Positions 61,634 to 64,000 of a stretch of DNA of 64,000 nt are shown in pieces. The notes under the pieces are model-generated. The model ran no database searches and was not told the origin of the DNA. It saw only the letters and a list, made by a program, of their open reading frames with translations. How positions within the stretch are numbered: the first letter of the stretch is position 1; each line of letters opens with the position of its first letter. Source of the DNA: an uncultured Planctomycetota bacterium (GTDB taxonomy: Bacteria > Planctomycetota > PLA2 > JAEUHO01); contig CAVVXN010000003.1 in NCBI GenBank assembly GCA_963752285.1, positions 64,001-128,000 on the forward strand, in the 5' to 3' direction. The position numbers and the translations under genes were made by a program.

Positions 61634-62098
61634 GGCGGGCTCGCGGGGCCGCCTTTGGCGGCGCCGCATCGCGGAGCGGCGGGTGGCGGGCGGGCTCGCG
61701 GGGCCGCCTTTGGCGGCGCCGCATCGCGGAGCGGCGGGTGGCGGGCGGGCTCGCGGGGCCGCCTTCGGCGGCGCCGCATCGCGGAGCGGCGGGTGGCGTG
61801 GCGGGCTCGCGGGGCCGCCTTTGGCGGCGCCGCATCGCGCGGCGTGGGGGCGGGCTCGCGGGGCCGCCTTCGGCGGCGCCGCATCGCGGGGGCGGGGCTG
61901 GCGGGCTCGCGGGGCCGCCTTTGGCGGCGCCGCATCGCGGAGCGGCGGGTGGCGGGCGGGCTCGCGGGGCCGCCTTTGGCGGCGCCGCATCGCGGAGCGG
62001 CGGGTGCTGGCGGGCTCGCGGGGCCGCCTTCGGCGGCGCCGCATCGCGCGGCGTGGCGGGCGGGCTCGCGGGGCCGCCTTTGGCGGCGCCGCATCGCG
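61634..62098. repeat. tandem array of 9 palindromic 40-bp units with 9-16 nt G-rich linkers
   Basis: GGCGGGCTCGCGGGGCCGCCTTYGGCGGCGCCGCATCGCG starts at 61634, 61689, 61744, 61800, 61849, 61900, 61955, 62009 and 62059. Confidence 0.92.
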
Positions 62099-62205
62099 GC
62101 GGTGGTGGCGCCGCGTCGCGGGCGGTGGTGGCGGGTGTGAAAATGCGCGACCCGGGAAACGTGCGGCCTAGGATGCCGCCGGGGACTCTACGCGAGGGCT
62201 GGATC

Positions 62206-63066
62206 ATGGCGGGAGCGGTGTCGAAGCTGGGCGTGGTCGGTTGCGGGCTCATGGGGTCCGGCATCGCCGAGATCGGTGCGAAGGCCGGGCTCGACGTGCT
62301 CGTCCGCGAGGTGGACGACGCGCTCTGCCAGCGGGGCCGGGCGGGCATCGAGAAGTCGCTCGGTCGCGCCGTCGAGAAGGGCAAGCTCGAGGCGGCCGAG
62401 CGCGACCGGATCCTCGGTCGGATCCGGTTCACGACCGAGCTGTCGGCCTTCGCCGACCGCGACCTGGTCATCGAGGCGATCCTGGAGAACATGGGCGCGA
62501 AGAAGGAGCTCTTCGCGACACTCGACGGGATCGCCGGTCCCGACGCCATCTTCGCGAGCAACACGTCGTCGCTCCCGGTCGGCGACATGGCCGCCGCCAC
62601 GCGTCGGCCCGAGCGGTTCGTCGGCCTCCACTTCTTCAACCCGGTCCCGGTGATGCGCCTCGTCGAGGTCGTCCGCACGCTCGAGACGACGGACGAGGTG
62701 TTCGACACGGCGGTCGCCTTTGCCGAGGCGGTCGGCAAGACCGTCGTGCGCACGAAGGACACGCCGGGGTTCGCCGTGAACCTCCTCCTCGTCCCGTACC
62801 TCCTCGACTCGATCCGGGCGCTCGAGAAGGGCGTGGCCTCGGCGCGCGACATCGACACGGGCATGAAGCTCGGCTGCGGCCACCCGATGGGGCCCCTCGA
62901 GCTCCTCGACTTCGTCGGCCTCGACACGACGCTCTACATCGCCGACATCATGTTCCACGAGTTCAAGGACATCCGGTACCAGGCGCCTCCGATGCTCCGG
63001 CGGCTCGTGGCGGCCGGTCGCACGGGACGGAAGAGCGGCCGCGGCTTCTACGACTACAAGAAGTAG
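62206..63066 (+). CDS. hbd: 3-hydroxybutyryl-CoA dehydrogenase
   Basis: GCGLMGSGIA, EAILE, ASNTSS, GLHFFNP, GHPMGPL and GRKSGRGFY motifs. Confidence 0.92.
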   Translation: MAGAVSKLGVVGCGLMGSGIAEIGAKAGLDVLVREVDDALCQRGRAGIEKSLGRAVEKGKLEAAERDRILGRIRFTTELSAFADRDLVIEAILENMGAKKELFATLDGIAGPDAIFASNTSSLPVGDMAAATRRPERFVGLHFFNPVPVMRLVEVVRTLETTDEVFDTAVAFAEAVGKTVVRTKDTPGFAVNLLLVPYLLDSIRALEKGVASARDIDTGMKLGCGHPMGPLELLDFVGLDTTLYIADIMFHEFKDIRYQAPPMLRRLVAAGRTGRKSGRGFYDYKK

Positions 63067-63078
63067 GGGAGCGAAGCG

Positions 63079-63864
63079 ATGTCCTCGTACGTCCGCTACG
63101 AGCGCGCCGAGGGCGCGTCCGTCGTCACGATCACCGTCGATCGGCCCGACAAGCTGAACGCCCTCGACGAAGAGGTGATGAGGCAGATCGACGAGGCCTT
63201 CGCCCGGGCGCGGTCGGACGAGGGCGGCCGGGTCGTCGTCCTCACGGGGGCGGGCGAGAAGGCCTTCGTGGCCGGCGCCGACATCGGCGAGCTCGCGAAG
63301 ATGGACGTGCGGGGGGGCAAGGCCAAGTCCGTGCGGGGCCAGGCGATCCTCGGCCGAATCGAGAGCCTCGGCAAGCCGGTCGTCGCGATGATCAACGGCT
63401 ACGCGTTCGGCGGCGGCCTCGAGCTCGCGCTCGCATGCCACCTGAGGACGATGGCCGCCGAGACGAAGATCGGCCTCCCCGAGGTCGGGCTGGCGATCTT
63501 CCCGGGCTACGGCGGCACCCAGCGCCTCCCGCGGATCGTCGGTCGCGGTCGCGCGCTCGAGCTGATCCTGACGGGCGATCCGGTGGACGCCGAGACGGCG
63601 CTGCGGTACGGGCTCGTGAACCGCGTGGCGCCCGCGGCGGAGCTGGGCGAGGTCACGCAGGGCCTGGCCGCGAAGCTCGCCTCGCGAGGTCCACTGGCGC
63701 AGGGGGCGGCGCTCGAGGCGGTTCTCCGCGGCAGCGAGACCACGCTCGAGGAGGGCCTCAGGATCGAGGCCGACCTGTTCGGGATCATCGCGTCCACCGC
63801 CGACATGCGGGAGGGCCTCACCGCCTTCCTCGAGAAGCGGAAGCCCTCCTACCGCGGGACCTGA
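63079..63864 (+). CDS. enoyl-CoA hydratase (crotonase)
   Basis: [23 protein letters not shown] and PE...PGYGGTQRL motifs. Confidence 0.92.
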   Translation: MSSYVRYERAEGASVVTITVDRPDKLNALDEEVMRQIDEAFARARSDEGGRVVVLTGAGEKAFVAGADIGELAKMDVRGGKAKSVRGQAILGRIESLGKPVVAMINGYAFGGGLELALACHLRTMAAETKIGLPEVGLAIFPGYGGTQRLPRIVGRGRALELILTGDPVDAETALRYGLVNRVAPAAELGEVTQGLAAKLASRGPLAQGAALEAVLRGSETTLEEGLRIEADLFGIIASTADMREGLTAFLEKRKPSYRGT

Positions 63865-63920
63865 CCGGCCGGGCGCGGCGCGGGCCGACCCGCCCCCGAG
63901 GGAGGACCTACCTTCCACGC

Positions 63921-64000
63921 ATGCGTGACGCCCGAGACGAAGTCGAGACCCCGCCGGACCTCCCGGGGGCCCCGCCGCCCCTCGTCGCGCTGACGACCGG
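63921..64000 (+). CDS. start of an unidentified gene (runs off the window)
   Basis: ATG downstream of GGAGGA; frame stays open to the window edge. Confidence 0.35.
   Translation, partial: MRDARDEVETPPDLPGAPPPLVALTT

Noticed and set aside
51078..62098. CRISPR arrays at 51078-51540 and 61634-62098
   Set aside because: The intervening sequences are only 9-16 nt, repeated or related rather than unique; there is no AT-rich leader and no cas gene in the window.

Overview
A very GC-rich bacterial chromosomal segment, most consistent with Planctomycetota. That placement is inferred from the GroEL sequence style, a HEAT/prenyltransferase-repeat protein, carboxypeptidase-regulatory-domain proteins, an HEXXH secreted protein and FHA/Ser-Thr kinases. 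About 55 real genes can be separated from many GC-shadow ORFs. Housekeeping genes include a Ski2/HelY-like helicase, ligA, groES/groEL, mscL, gpmA, nadE, RNase D, apbC/mrp, speA, ribBA, clpP, polA and hbd/crt-like genes. Also present are a Fe/B12-type ABC importer, a GT2 + REC-HD-GYP + PilZ c-di-GMP cluster, several exported hypothetical proteins and one frameshifted pseudogene. I found no tRNA, rRNA, transposase or cas gene. The most unusual signal is non-coding and occurs twice (50952-51540 and 61510-62098). Each copy is an identical 64-nt core enclosed by 19-22 bp inverted arms that differ by five fully compensatory changes, followed by a same-orientation array of nine palindromic 37-40 bp units. 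Tandem G.A pairs and GAA/AAA loops suggest the minus strand folds, possibly as ssDNA (REP/BIME-like but with a structured head module). Other notable signals are pervasive leaderless-promoter architecture, a sigma54 promoter upstream of a REC-like ORF-groES-groEL operon, a poly-Asp/Glu microprotein, a candidate structured sRNA and secretin-like C-terminal segments in two exported proteins. All product calls come from motif recognition by eye; no database searches were run.
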